Shown here: positions 11,784 to 24,140 of the stretch, piece after piece | Position numbering within the stretch: the first letter of the stretch is position 1 | Layout of the letters: the number at the start of each line of letters is the position of its first letter | Assembly: GCA_003427395.1 (NCBI GenBank) | Contig: BFEA01000004.1 | Location: 1,899,906 to 1,963,905 of the forward strand | Direction of reading: 5' to 3' | Origin: Chara braunii | Lineage: Eukaryota > Plantae > Charophyceae | DNA length: 64,000 bases | The notes under the pieces: generated by a model | What the model was told of the DNA's origin: nothing | The model's input: only the letters and a program-made list of their open reading frames with translations | Database searches by the model: none | Program-made: the position numbers and the translations under genes

Positions 11784-13777
11784 CTACAGGTTTTCCAGGA
11801 AGAGCAATCTAATTACCGATGGGGGAGGCGGTGGAGGATGTTGGGGAAGCGGAGGCATGAAGCGGTTGATGGCCGGAGATTTGAAAGTGGGAAGGGAGGT
11901 GTAATGGATGGAGCGATGGATGCAGGGGAAACGAGGTTCTTCGCGATGGTGGGGGAGAGAGGCAATATAGTCGGGGTAGATAGTGGAGAGAGTGCGGCGG
12001 AGAGCGGTGCGAAAATTCTCGTAGTTTTCACAGGCGGGGATCGTTCCTGATATAATACAATATATTTCTATATGGTTATATTCCCGCCAATCTGCACTAA
12101 ACAAGAGAACATGGAGAAGAAAAGAATCTACTACAGAGCGGGTGGTAACATGCGGAAAGACGGTGACTAGGAGGCGGGTGGCGTAAAGGTGGTGGAAGAG
12201 GTCTGGAGGGCAGGGACACCATCCAACGGGGAATGGGGGTCTACCAGGGAGTCGGTTGAGCATCAGGAAGTCAAGGGGACGGCGAGAGAACGAACGGGGA
12301 CGAAACCCGATCGCCCTCATGCTGACGTAGGTGAAGGGTAGGTCGTGCAGAGGAACCAAACAAAGTCGGCGATTCACTCCTTCGGCGACGCCTTCCCGAT
12401 CCCTCCGCTGCGGTTCCATCGTTTCTTCGTCTTCCTTTGGGGGCTCTGGATCGAGCCACCGGTTTCCCAACGATAGATCCGGGGGGGACCTTTCCTCAAC
12501 CGGTCGTTTTCCCTCCGCCTTTTCCAACCGTTTTCGTGCTCCTGCCTCTTCTTCTTCCTTGCTTCGTTCGAGCTGCTGACTCGGCCCACTTGCTACCTCT
12601 TCTTCTTCTGTTGGCTCCTCTTCTTCTTCTGCTGGCTCTTCTTCCTCATCCTCTTCTTCTTCCTGAATGTAATCAGGATCGTCACTATCTTTGCTCGATT
12701 CTTCTTCTTCTTCTTCTTCTTCTTCTTCTTCTTCTTCTTCTTCTTCTTCTTCTTCTTCTTCTTCTTCTTCTTCTTCTCCTTCCTCCTCGCCTTCTTGTTC
12801 CTCTTGTCGTGCGTTTCCTTTCCGGATGATGGGGTCCCACACTGTGAGATCGGTGACGTCGATCTCAAGAAAAAAGAGTTTGGGACGGATAGACACAGTT
12901 GTCGCCGTCCAGCTCAGTACACGTGGACCACAGCAGGCGTGGCTCGAGTGTTTGAGGAAGCACGTGGGTGCCCGGCTGATTGTCACACCGCGATAAGATA
13001 TCTGGGGGCAGGTCGTCCACTAGTTGCGTCAGAAACAACAGCAGTTTGCTCGTAATGAGAGCGAGATTTTCATCATCCACCTTTCCAAACAATATCCCCA
13101 ACAGATCCCCCTCCGTCGTTGTTCTCCAAGCTTGTACAATCAGCAGTTTCACTTCGTCGTCTGGAAGTTCTGGACCCTCTCCATACGGCGCCGGCTCAGA
13201 CCAGCGGAATTCTACTTCCAACAAGCAGAAGGCAAGCTCCGCGTACGCCTCCCACCAGTCGCTCCACTTCTCCTCGTTCAATATCAGCACACTGATCTGC
13301 TTGACACGATAAGAGAGAGAGGGGGCGTGAGCAGATTGCCAGAGGGTGGGGATGTCAGAGGGAAGTCCAAAGAGACAAAGGCGGCGGCGACTCATCGGGG
13401 CCGCGCAAAGGGACAACGCTCTGGTAACACGATCCGCGGCGAATCGTCGGAAGAGTGAAGCTGCAGATCGATGTCGTGCGCGGGCACGACTGTATCCCCG
13501 CGTCAAGCAATGAGTGTCGTCCATGCAGCCTGGATCTCTTCGGCCCACACGCGCAAGGTTCGGAGGATGTCGGGATGGATCGCCGATGGCACCGCCGCAA
13601 TATCCCCGATGAAGACGACGACGACCGTGATGTGACTGATGCCAAGAGGGGACAGGCGTTGGAAGGCCGAAATCTCGGCCAGAACACGTGTTGTTGCTGC
13701 TTGCGAAAACCAGAATTCCGCCGCTGCGCGGATTGTCGTCGTGTTGAAGAAAGCTGCAAACCGAAGAAGATCAGCAC
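11784..13777 (-). pseudogene. Extra 3' ORF region of the gypsy element, frameshifted, unknown function, poly-Glu tract
   Basis: Overlapping ORFs 12865-13548 (WWEAYAELAFCLLEVEFRW..) and 11784-12986 lie between integrase and the 3' LTR, sense to pol. Confidence 0.5.
12700..12777. repeat. (CTT)n microsatellite
   Basis: Pure CTT run; encodes poly-E on the minus strand. Confidence 0.95.
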
Positions 13778-13867
13778 TGAGGCATGACCGATGTACTTGG
13801 CGGATGGTACTGATCCATCCTCTCGGGGTTAGCAGCTGCACACTGATCACCTGCTCCACTGAAAAGC

Positions 13868-15130
13868 TCATGGCGATGGAGGCGGGGACGGGGTATGAGA
13901 AGGGGCGATAGATGCAGGAGGGGATGAACGCGATAAGGAGTCGTCTTCCTCTTCCGTAGCGAAGGAGGAAGCAGACATAGCTGGAGATGGAGAGGAAGGG
14001 AGAGGATGTAGATAGGACACGTGGTGGACGATCGGTCGAGCCGATCGGCTTCCTGAGACCTCAGGCACGAGGCGCACGGTGTTCATCCCGTTCGGGCCGA
14101 GTTCGATCACGCGAAATTGCCATAAGAATCGTGGCGCTATCTTCCCTTGACGAGCACATTTCCTTACCTGCACCAGGTCCCCTAATTTATACGAGGGTCG
14201 TGGTCCCGCGTTCCCATTTTGGGCCTCGTAGCTACGGACCTGTCGATTGTGGGCCAACTCAGTCATTTTCTGGCGCTTTTGGGCTAATTGGGGAAGGGAC
14301 CGTTCCATCAGCTCCATATGTCGTTTGGCCTTGTCCCGAACCGTGGCCCTTGTGGGTCGTCGACTCAATGAAGATTCATCGTGGAGGCTCGGTATCGAGA
14401 CACAAGCTACGCTATTGGTTCGTAATTGGAAGGGGCTAAGGCCCGTCGATTCGTGAGGCGTTCCCCGATGGACCGCTAGGATGTGATCTACGATATCAGG
14501 CCAGGGTCTCAGATCCCGTGCTGCGATGTTTCGTCGCAGCGCTGTCTTTATCACTCGATTTGCGTTTTCCACTAGGCCATTAGATTGCGACATGTGGGGT
14601 GCAGTGTTTCGAATAGCGACGCCGTGTACGACCAGATTCCTTAAAACTTCCTCTCGGAATTCTACCCCATTGTTGGTCAGGATTTCCTCTGCGTCCTGGT
14701 GCATCCCTAGAAATCGGTTGACATACCGCGCAATTTCAGCCGCCTGTCGTGTTCAACACGGATATGCCTCAATCCATTTCAAAAAATGATCTACGAATAC
14801 CAGTAGGATTGAATACTCGCAGCTATTAGGTCCAGGGGGCACCACAATATCGGTAGTATCCATGCTAACCCTCTGAAACGGTCGTTCGACTACCGTTGGC
14901 ACTATCGATCTTGGCGACTGGATCGGCGCCTTGTCAGCAACGCAGACCTGGCAATTCGCGACGATGAATTTCACATCATCGAGAATATTGGACCAGTACC
15001 ACTCGTTCTTGTCGATTGCCGCTTCCGTGATCCGTACGGCAAAATCAGTTGTTGTTTCCTCATGCGCCGCCTTAACCCAGTCGTACCTCATGAACGGGTG
15101 CGGCACTACCATCCAAATCCAGCTACCATC
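13868..15130 (-). pseudogene. Integrase (zinc-binding, DDE core, GPY/F-like module), no chromodomain
   Basis: AH..CQVC; RPFQRVSMDTTD; LVFVDHFLKWIEAYP; ILTNNGVEF; SNGLVENAN; PRFLWQFRV..VHHVSYL; frameshift near 14750. Confidence 0.9.
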
Positions 15131-15355
15131 CGTCTTCCGTTTTTCTAACCGGCCCTCGTTCCAACGATAATCCCGAGCTCTTTCATCGGCCCTCCTCCGG
15201 TCTTCCTTAGTGAAGTCCTGGAGGGGGTTTCTTACCAAGGTGGCAATTAGAGCGATGTTCGTCCATACCTCGACCCTTCTAAACTTCCGGGTTTTTTCCA
15301 ACCCTTCTGACGTGGCGTCAAGAAATCGAGCTTCAGTTGGGATCTTATCAGTCCG

Positions 15356-15517
15356 ACACAAGGGACACAACCAAGGCTTATCGCCATTTCTGTATTGGAT
15401 GCACGAGCCATGGGCTTGTGCGACACACTGTCGACAATCTATCCATTCTGCATACCCTTCCCCGCCAGGACGGATTGAGATCGAGTAGACGCGCGAGATC
15501 GCTTCACAAAAATAACA
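15356..15517 (-). other. PHD finger (C4HC3) within pol, in frame with the integrase N-terminus
   Basis: CYFC-x23-CRQC-x4-H-x2-C-x9-WLCPLC in ORF 14753-15619. Confidence 0.8.
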
Positions 15518-15587
15518 AAACTTGTCGGGTAGGGAGAGAAAAGATGAAGATGAGAGGGGAGAGAGAGGAGTTGTAGGATTACCTATG

Positions 15588-17100
15588 TCACCCATTGCCA
15601 ATCGCCTGCTTCTTGCCACATGGAAGGACTGTCACTTGTCCGTACTTGGGTCCGTTCGCTGACTCCGGTTCCTTCCACGGAATGATTTCTTCGCCCTTTG
15701 GTACCTTAGCGGGGCGATGCAGACGTGTCAACCCGTCCGCGTTGCCGTGCCTCTCTGTCTTTCGGTGGATGATGTCAAAATCATATTCCTGTAGGCGCAC
15801 CGCCCACCGTCCAATCATGCCCGTGTAATTGGTGAGCTTCTTGACAGCCAATAATGGCTCGTGATCGGTTACAAGGAGGAACTTTTGTCCGTACAAGTAC
15901 GGATGAAAGTGCTGAATTCCCTAGACTACAGCATAGCATTCACCTTGCACGGCTGAATCGTTCCTTCGTTCGTCTGGCACCGTACGAGACGTGTATTCGA
16001 TGACGTGCTCTCGACCGTCGCTCCCTTTCTGCGCTAGAATAGCGGAAATTGCCTCTAGCTGTCAGTCCGTGATGAGAATGAACTGCTTCGTAGGGTCCGG
16101 CCGGATCAAAATAGGTGTCTTCGCCAGAGCGCCCTTGAGGGTAGCGAAGGTCTGTTCGCACTCTGTGTCCCAACTGAGGGGCTGGTCCTTTCGTAGCAGA
16201 TTTGTCAGAGGTCGCGCAATCGCAGCGAAACCTTTGATAAAACAACGATAGTACGATGCCAGTCCCAGGAAAGCTCGAACCTGCATCACTGACATGGGGA
16301 CATAAGCATTTTTCACCGCTGCGACTTTCCTTGAATCTGGTCGCAGTCCTCCACGTGTCACCACGTAACCCAAGAACGAGATTTCCGAGAGGAAAAACTC
16401 GCTCTTCTCGAGCGCGATCTTAAACCCAGCGTCTCTCAGAGTTCCTAGCGTCCACTCGATGTGTTGTGCATGCCCATGATAGGTCTCCGAGTTGACGAGG
16501 ATGTCGTCCATGTATACGATGACGCAAAAATTAATCATCCCTTGAGTGAGCCACATCTTGTTGACGAAGTTCTGGAACGTCACGTTCATCGCCTGCTGAA
16601 ACGTGGCAGGCGCGTTGCAAATATCCATCAGACATCGAACCCACTGCCACGTGCCTTCAAACAATACAAAGGCCGTTTTCGGTCGGTCTTCCTCCTTAAT
16701 GAGAATGTGATGGAAGTCATGTCGAATATCAAATTTACTAAAATAATTAGCACATCCAATCGCATCCAGCAAGTCATCAATCTTGGGAGGGGGGTACACA
16801 TCTTTGATCGTGATGTTATTCAGTTTGCGATAATCAATTCATGTGCAAATCGATCCGTTCTTTTTTGGCACTAATACTACCGGGAACGACCATGGCCCGG
16901 TGGCGGGTTCGATCCACCCATTGGCTTCGAATTCTCGAATCAGCTCAATGGTCGTTTTTCTCTCGACCAGGGAGTATCTGTAGGCCTTACAGTGGATCAG
17001 GGGATGATTTCCGGTTTGAATCTCGTGCTGTATGACTAACGACAGTCCAATGTCTGCGTTTGTCAGACTAATCACTCCCTTGTATTCTTTTAGAATTTCC
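15588..17100 (-). pseudogene. Reverse transcriptase + RNase H (Ty3/gypsy type)
   Basis: PWSFPVVLVPKKNGS; KTAF; CNAPATFQ; VYMDDILV; FLGYVV; VRAFLGLASYY; FILITD; FLLVTDHEPL..RWAVRLQEYDF..HGNADGL; several stops and frameshifts. Confidence 0.95.
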
Positions 17101-17848
17101 ACGATTAGGTGGTGGATTTCATCAGGTACGTACTGGGGCACGTGTAACTCGTACAGTTCATACCATATCCGTACATCGATGTGTTTCGTACTCACCTGCT
17201 TCGTGTTTTCGGGCGGGGGCATGGAAATAAACAAATTATCCGACCGCCAGGAGAATACCGTGGCCATCATCTATGCATCCTGTTCTCGGATGGCCATGTG
17301 TTCTTCCGGTGTTATTCCGTCTCGAATGTCCTGCCAAGGCACTGGTTTTGTTGTGATTTTGATTCCGAGTCCAGTTTCGAGGCGCTCAGGGGGTTCCAAA
17401 GAATTGGTCTTCGCCCCTAAGCGTATCAATCATATCTCTTTTGCAGGAGTCAAAAGAGATCGTGGGAGATTTGTGATGTCGCAATAGTGCCTTTTGTAAT
17501 TGTATCGTGCGAGTAGAGGGGAGATACCTTCGTACAGTGTTCGAGGGGGTTCCAAAGAATCGACCATCCTCGAAATCTGCACGAGGGGTTTGCCCATAAT
17601 CATGGCTTGCGTTCTCTGTAGACTCTGATCGGTCAGGCTTAGCGTTCTTGTATTTGCTCGTTGCACCGGGTAATGGATACGTTGTTGTGCCATTTCCAAG
17701 ATTACTGGATCATCCTCGTCACTGTTGTCCGTGTCCTTTGACGGCTGTCTGTCATCTGCGGAGTTATCCCAGGTGACTACGGGGAGAGTTCCCGCCATTA
17801 TGGGAGAAACTCGTGGAGTCACGTTAGTGGTGGTACGAAGGGTCAATC

Positions 17849-18625
17849 TCATTGGTACAACATAAGGCTTTCCTCTTGTATGACAATTGATCGTCTCTCG
17901 AAATCCAGATTGGCTCGCAGGGCCACAAGAGCAGGAAGGCCAAAAAGGACGTCGTAAGTGTTTACGTCTAAGACTACAACATCTCCAAAAGCATGTACCT
18001 TCCTTAATCGAAAAACAACATTGGTCATCCGTCCCGCCGTTTTGATCTTCTCCTCATCTGTTGAAACGAGCTGATCTTTTTCCGTAAGCATTATTAGATC
18101 GTTCTTTCTTCCTGCCCTTTCAACTACCTGTAACGAGATAACAAAAACAGCGGCTCCCGAATCGATAATGACATTGTACAGGATTCTCCATATCTCAATA
18201 TCACATTCTGCAGATTTCCATGAGACCGGTTTAATCCGTAGGAAGTGATCATCTTTCTGGATTAATCCTAATCGTATTGGGTCTGAAGTTCCTGCTGCAT
18301 TTTCTTCTGATGTGGGATTTTTCGCTTTTGTGCTCGCTGTTCGGGCGAGGGCGAATCGTTTCCGATTCGCCTTGCAATGTTGCAGCATCCGTTCATTAGC
18401 TTGTTCCGATATCGAAAGTAGATGTCCAATCGGAAGAGGAATCCGATGATCGAAGACTCGACCGATGTTCAAAACGTCGATCTTCCCAGTGACGAAGGTG
18501 GGTCCTTGCGACTCCATTTCTCCTGGAGAAGGTCGCCACTCCGCCACTTCTCTCTGTTCTGGCACGGGTCTAATCGTTCCAATCATCCCAAGCCCTGGGT
18601 AGCCAAGCGTTACATACTGATCCAA
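17849..18625 (-). pseudogene. Retropepsin aspartic protease region
   Basis: VIIDSGAAV catalytic motif and YDVLFGL motif. Confidence 0.85.
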
Positions 18626-18630
18626 CGGGA

Positions 18631-19784
18631 TTAGTTCAGCAGCTTCCGCCTCCTTCCATTTCTTTCATCAATGCCTCTACTCGTCCAGGTCCGTTGGCGA
18701 TCGGGGCCGCTGCTACTGGTGCGGCTCCGACTCGTTGCTGCGGGGGTCGATGAGGGCAACCTCGGGCTATATGCCCTGGTTGATAACACATGTAACAAAC
18801 GTTCAGATTGCCAGGGATCCCTGTGGGAGGGGTTGCCGGAGCCAATCCGTGTTGAATCGGGGCAGCATGCACCGCTATTGGACGCATCGACCTCATCATC
18901 GCCTCTATTCAAGCGTTGTGTTCCCTCTGTTCCTTTTTGCTTTCCTGAATCAGAGTAACTAATGTCTTGGTTAGTTCTAATAGGGCGGAAGACTCATTCG
19001 GTCGTGCGGGGGTTTCAATCGGTGGCGGGGGTGCTGTCATCACGGGCACGTGCATGCTCGTGATCACACTCGGGACCGGTCGTTGAGGTCTAATCTGTTC
19101 CAGATAGGTGACAGGGCCCGACATAAACCCCATGTTTTCAAATTTGTTCTGCAGTGCTGCCAACTCAGCTTTAGCTCTCGCTAGTTCGGACGAGTCTCCT
19201 TCCCTAGGATAGTCTTCCCCTTCTAGGAAACTCTCAGCGAACTTTCATTTCATTTCTTCTGTAGCTGCCATGATCTGTTGCAGCGTGTGGTTGATGGGGG
19301 AGAACTTTTTTCGCAATTTCGCCCTCATCGTTCAGCTGCGAAGTCCATCGATGAACAAATCTCTGCCTACCTGTTCGCCTCGTTTCGTTTTCACAAACAT
19401 CCTATAGAATCGGTTTTGATACTCGGTGACAGATTCGAGGGGCTTTTGAACTCGATCTTTGATCATAAAAAGAGTCTGTTCCGAGTGGATGTAATTGAAT
19501 CGATTCAAGAAATCTCGTTCGAACGTTGGGAGATCGACCCATACATAGGTGCTAAACCAGTGATGGGCGTCTCCTCCCAAGCGTGCAGGGATATTCACTT
19601 GTGCCTCGTTGTCATCATACTGTTGAGCCCGGAGCGTGGTTAGCCATGTTCCAGCGAGGTGATGAGCAGGGTCAAATAGATAAAGATCAGGTGGCGTCAT
19701 GGGAGCCCGTGCTCGTGGTACGGGTTGATTAGGATTCTGCTGGGGATTCGGATTTTGGTGGGGGTTCTGCTGATTAGCATTCAT
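18631..19784 (-). pseudogene. gag: Gag with CCHC zinc knuckle, premature stops
   Basis: AHHWF..TFERDFLNRF..QKPLESVTEYQNRF (retrotrans_gag-like); CYMCYQPGHIARGC; stops at 19332 and 18909. Confidence 0.88.
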
Positions 19785-19867
19785 ATTGACCGTCCGTCGA
19801 GCCGCAGACCGGCTTCTAGTGTAGCCAGGTCGCCCAGCTATGAGTCATGGAACCCTGCCACGTGTCC

Positions 19868-19880
19868 GGCTCCGATACCA
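19868..19880 (-). promoter_or_regulatory. PBS, tRNA-iMet type
   Basis: Minus-strand TGGTATCGGAGCC directly after the 5' LTR (canonical TGGTATCAGAGC). Confidence 0.85.
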
Positions 19881-22531
19881 ACCTCACGCCCGGCGCGACT
19901 TCCTGATCGGAGTGGGATGTGGGCCTGGAAGTGCGAAAAGGGGTGTGCCAAGGATTTTTGGAAAAGTGAGGGGTGGAGTCCCCGGTCGGAACTAAGATCT
20001 CCTGTGGCAAAGTTTCAGAGGCATAGATGCAATAGAGCTAAGGGGGCGAGTTACTTCCGGTCTGATGGCGTCTGATGCCGCGCCGTCATAAGGCAGATGG
20101 CATGCGCGGTGCGTTCATGGTCGTCCGATCCGTCTGTTTCGGTAGCGGCGATTCGGAGAGAGGCCCGCCCGGGATGGTTGTGATTCCGATGAGTCGGTCC
20201 TTCGGGAGCAGACACGTGGCGTCTGCCGTCGCACGTTTTGGTTAGGCCCCCTAGTTTCAGGGGCTCGTCGGTTGCCGCGTCGTCGGCAATTTTCGCAAGG
20301 TGTGCAGGGCCAATACGGGGCAATGGAATTCCACGGTACCACCGTGAGTTGGTGATATGGAAGGAGGAAACAGAAGGGAGGGAAGTTGGTAATGATAACG
20401 ACAAAGCTGGGGGATATGAAGTATTGCGTGTTATCCGTGATGGGAAAATCAGGGCACCTTGGAGGCTTGGATCGCTGGTTACAGCACAGTGAAACTCCCT
20501 AGGGCACAATCGATTTTCGGTTAGGCAAGGGAATTCCGGTATCTTTGCCTAATACATTCTCTCACCCAAGGGTCGAAGTACTCTGAGTCCCAAGAGCTCG
20601 TCATCTTATCATTGCGGCGTAATGGAAGCCTTCTGCACGCGTCTAACCGGCAAGGGGATTTTCCCGATGTGATGTCGGAAATTCCTATCCGTTTAGGTGG
20701 GGGGGGGGGGGGGCCAGGAAAACTCCCGCCTACCCGATACCGGAGATGTCAAGTTCGTCAATGGTCGCGAATCGGTGCATGTGGACACGTGTAGGCTGCG
20801 CAGATCGAATCACGCTTACGCATGTCCCCGCGGGGTGTTCGCTTGCTTTTGGGAGAATGAGAGCCTAATTCCTTATGCAAAATCGCCATGTGTCGTAAAC
20901 AACTACCCAATCATCTAATCACTCCGTAATCTCGCAAGCAATCATTCTCGAATATGCAAGGTGTTGTCAGACATCAAACATCACAGCAACATTAGAATAA
21001 CAGCGGATCAAAGTGATGAGCAATAATAGAGGCAATAATGACGACTATGCAGAGCTTNNNNNNNNNNNNNNNNNNNNNNNNNNNNNNNNNNNNNNNNNNN
21101 NNNNNNNNNNNNNNNNNNNNNNNNNNNNNNNNNNNNNNNNNNNNNNNNNNNNNNNNNNNNNNNNNNNNNNNNNNNNNNNNNNNNNNNNNNNNNNNNNNNN
21201 NNNNNNNNNNNNNNNNNAGGTAAAGACAATGACCAGACAAAAAACAAAACATCAGACATGACAGTCATTCATTCAGTTATTCGCCAGAACATATGATAGC
21301 TGAGATCAAGATTAATCGCAAAACAAGTATGGGCTGAAGTTGAGACAAGAATTCCGCAAACAAAAGAAAACGGGCGAGTCGCCCTAAGCCGAGATCGAAA
21401 TTTATATACAAAAGCAAAGAGGGAGGAAAGACAAAGAAAATTGCAAATCCACATTTATCAACCTCAGTTCTTTCTTCCTCTCTCTCTCTCTCCGATGCGG
21501 ACAGTCTGTCGTCACGCACCAACCCATGAAGTCGTCACCCCGCTTAGTCCTCCTGCACCCGTCAGGTTCGCCCGCGCGCTACAGTCCGTCGTAGCCCCCA
21601 CGCGTCAACCCCGCGCATTCGGCACCAGCTCGTCGGGTCGCCTGACTCCCACTTCAACTCACCTCTTACTTCGCTCGTGAGCCGGCCCTCACTGATTACG
21701 CTGCCCCGAGCTTCCAACAACTGGTTAAGAGAGCTATCTAATCGCGCAGCCGAAACTTATAGGGTGCATGCATGCACAAAGAACACGGAATTGCAAGGAC
21801 TTAGAAAGGGGATTAGGAGAGGGAGCACCTATGTTCTGCATGGCCAGACCACGGCGTGGGGGACGTAGCCACTCTCCACGCAGCGATTCGATCATGCAGG
21901 TCGCGGGCTAACTAGGCACAGCAAAAGGGAAGGGGAGAGCGGGAAAGACGAAGCTCAAGAAGAAAGATACAATTACAATGGTGTCCACCCAAAATTACTG
22001 TTACTTGCAAGATTAAGGGCGCCGACTAATCAGAGCTCCGTTGCAGCCGCAAAAAGAAGCGCGCAAGAAAGACAACGCGAGGCAAAAGAAATCCCGAATT
22101 CCTAAATTCCTAAATTCCTAGCTAATGCAAAAAGAAACACAAATTCCAAAAATAAAATCCAAAATTCCGAGGGCCATCAAGGGCTCGACAAGATTCAAAA
22201 AAAAGAAATTAAAAAAAAAAACGAAGCAAAACTCCCTCGCGATCTCCGTGCCCAAAAAACCGACAACAGAACAAGAAAGAAGCGACGTCAAACATTATTA
22301 TTCGCGCCTTCGTCTGCGCGACAGCCACTCAATCGGCCATCTCGGGACTTGCCCGGCCCTGAACCCAGCCATCCGAAAAGAAGCGAGGAAAGAGAAAAGA
22401 CGAAAAAGTGAGGACACCGATGCAATTTCCCTTCGATCCCAATCTCCCGTAATTGGCCCAACCTTCCCATCTTAGGACCCCTCATTGTCATCATGCAGAA
22501 GATCGCGCGGAACAGAAATTGGTTCGTCACA
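19881..22531 (-). repeat. 5' LTR of the gypsy element (contains N gap 21058-21217)
   Basis: Direct repeat of ~8940-11439. Confidence 0.9.
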
Positions 22532-22570
22532 GAGCTGGTATCGTTATGGCAGCCCTTATCATTGCCCGCG

Positions 22571-22600
22571 TTGTTGTTGTTGTTTTAGTCACGTTGTCAC

Positions 22601-22645
<45 letters not shown>

Positions 22646-22753
22646 AACTGTTGTTGTCGTTGTTGTTGTTGGTGTTGTTGTTGTTGTTGGTGTTGGTGTT
22701 GGTGTTGGTGTTGGTGTTGGTGTTGGTGTTGTTGCCATTGTGACTGTTCTTTG

Positions 22754-22802
<49 letters not shown>

Positions 22803-22930
22803 GAGGTTGTTGTTGTTGTTGTTGTGGTTGTGGTTGTTGTCGTTGTTGTTGTTGTTATTGTTGTTGTTGTCGTTGTTGTTGTCGTTGTTGATGTCGTTAC
22901 CATAGTTGCTTCTGTTGTCGCTGTTGTCGT
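22571..22930. repeat. (GTT)n/(GGTGTT)n microsatellite; second tract at ~23247-23296
   Basis: Seen directly; the flanking block 22920-23095 is partly duplicated at 23305-23430. Confidence 0.95.
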
Positions 22931-23256
22931 CACCGCTGCTGCCACGGTTGCCAGGTAACCCCAACTCCACCTCCCACTCGCCTGCTGTAGTTGCTTCTGT
23001 TTGCACTGTTGTCGTCGCCGCTTCTGCCGCAGTTGCCATCAGCCCAAACTCCACCTCCCACTCGCCCCCCTCATCAAGGGCATATTCCCTCTCGCCATGA
23101 TCTCCAATGCCCTGGGGCAAGGTCCCACTTGCGCAAATAGGGAGATTTCGGCCGTTGATCTTTGCTATCTACGGTCAGTATCTTTTAATTCGTGCAAGTG
23201 GGACCTAGCCCCTGATGAGGCTGAGAGTCGTCGACAGCGACTGGACTTGTTGTTGT

Positions 23257-23290
<34 letters not shown>

Positions 23291-23938
23291 GTTGTTAGTG
23301 TCGTAACACTGTCGCTGATGTAGTTGCTTCTGTTTTTGCGCTGTTGTTGTCACCGCTGCTGCCGCTGTTGCCATCAGCCCCAACTCCGCCTCTCACTCAC
23401 CTGCCTCATCAACAGCATAGTCCCACTCGCCGTCCTGATAGGGGGCGCCTGCTGATGACAACAGTCCTTGCCACATCCAGTCACAGTTGTCCTCGACTCC
23501 ACAACATGGTCTTGTAGTAGCCCTTCTGTTTGCCTCATTGGTTTTCCCTGCTAGCATAGTTTTGTGCAGGCTTTGCCTTCTAACCCCCTTTGGTCCTGTA
23601 CCCTGACATTGGGAAAAGTCTAAGTGAGGCGGTGTCTAGAAAAAAAAGAAAAAAAAGTGAGGCGGTGTCCGTCCGAGCCTAAGGGCCTCACCACACCACA
23701 GTCGAAAGCATCGAACTTCTCGACATATGTCAGAAGAAGTTCAACAGGTGTGCTGTTTCGACAGTTTGGGCCCCCTTCGGCACACAGCCCTGTCAAAGTG
23801 GCCAACTCATGAAAGCAAGTCAGGAAAAACCAGTCGATTCGGTCAACTCACGAAAGTGAATAGGGGAAAAAGCAAACCGGCTTGAGGATAGGACTAGCAT
23901 TTGTGCATATATTTTTTCTCTCTCACCTCACATATCTT

Positions 23939-24140
23939 TTAAACCACCAGTACTTGGCCCAGATAATGATGCCGAGCCGGGAAATGCCCTGGCGCGCCAA
24001 GTTTTGTCGCCGCGTCGTTTCGTTTTTCTTTTGGCTGGCGCCTCCAGCCATTGTGGTCCAGTAGGCCGAAGCCAATCAGTCACGGCGCGTTAACGGGAAA
24101 CACCCGCGGCCGATGTATGGGCCAAGTACTGGTGGTTTAA
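23939..24140. mobile_element. ~200-bp MITE with perfect inverted ends including TTAA
   Basis: TTAAACCACCAGTACTTGGCCCA (23939-23961) and its exact reverse complement (24118-24140). Confidence 0.85.

Larger units (their letters stand above)
8929..22531 (-). mobile_element. Ty3/gypsy LTR retrotransposon, full length but decayed
   Basis: Two ~2.5-kb direct repeats; outer ends TGTGACG...CGTCACA; PBS; gag-PR-RT-RH-(PHD)-IN order on the minus strand; possible 4-bp TSD GCGC/GAGC with 1 mismatch. Confidence 0.92.

Noticed and set aside
22485-23120. Long poly-V/N/T ORFs
   Set aside because: Produced by the (GTT)n microsatellite.
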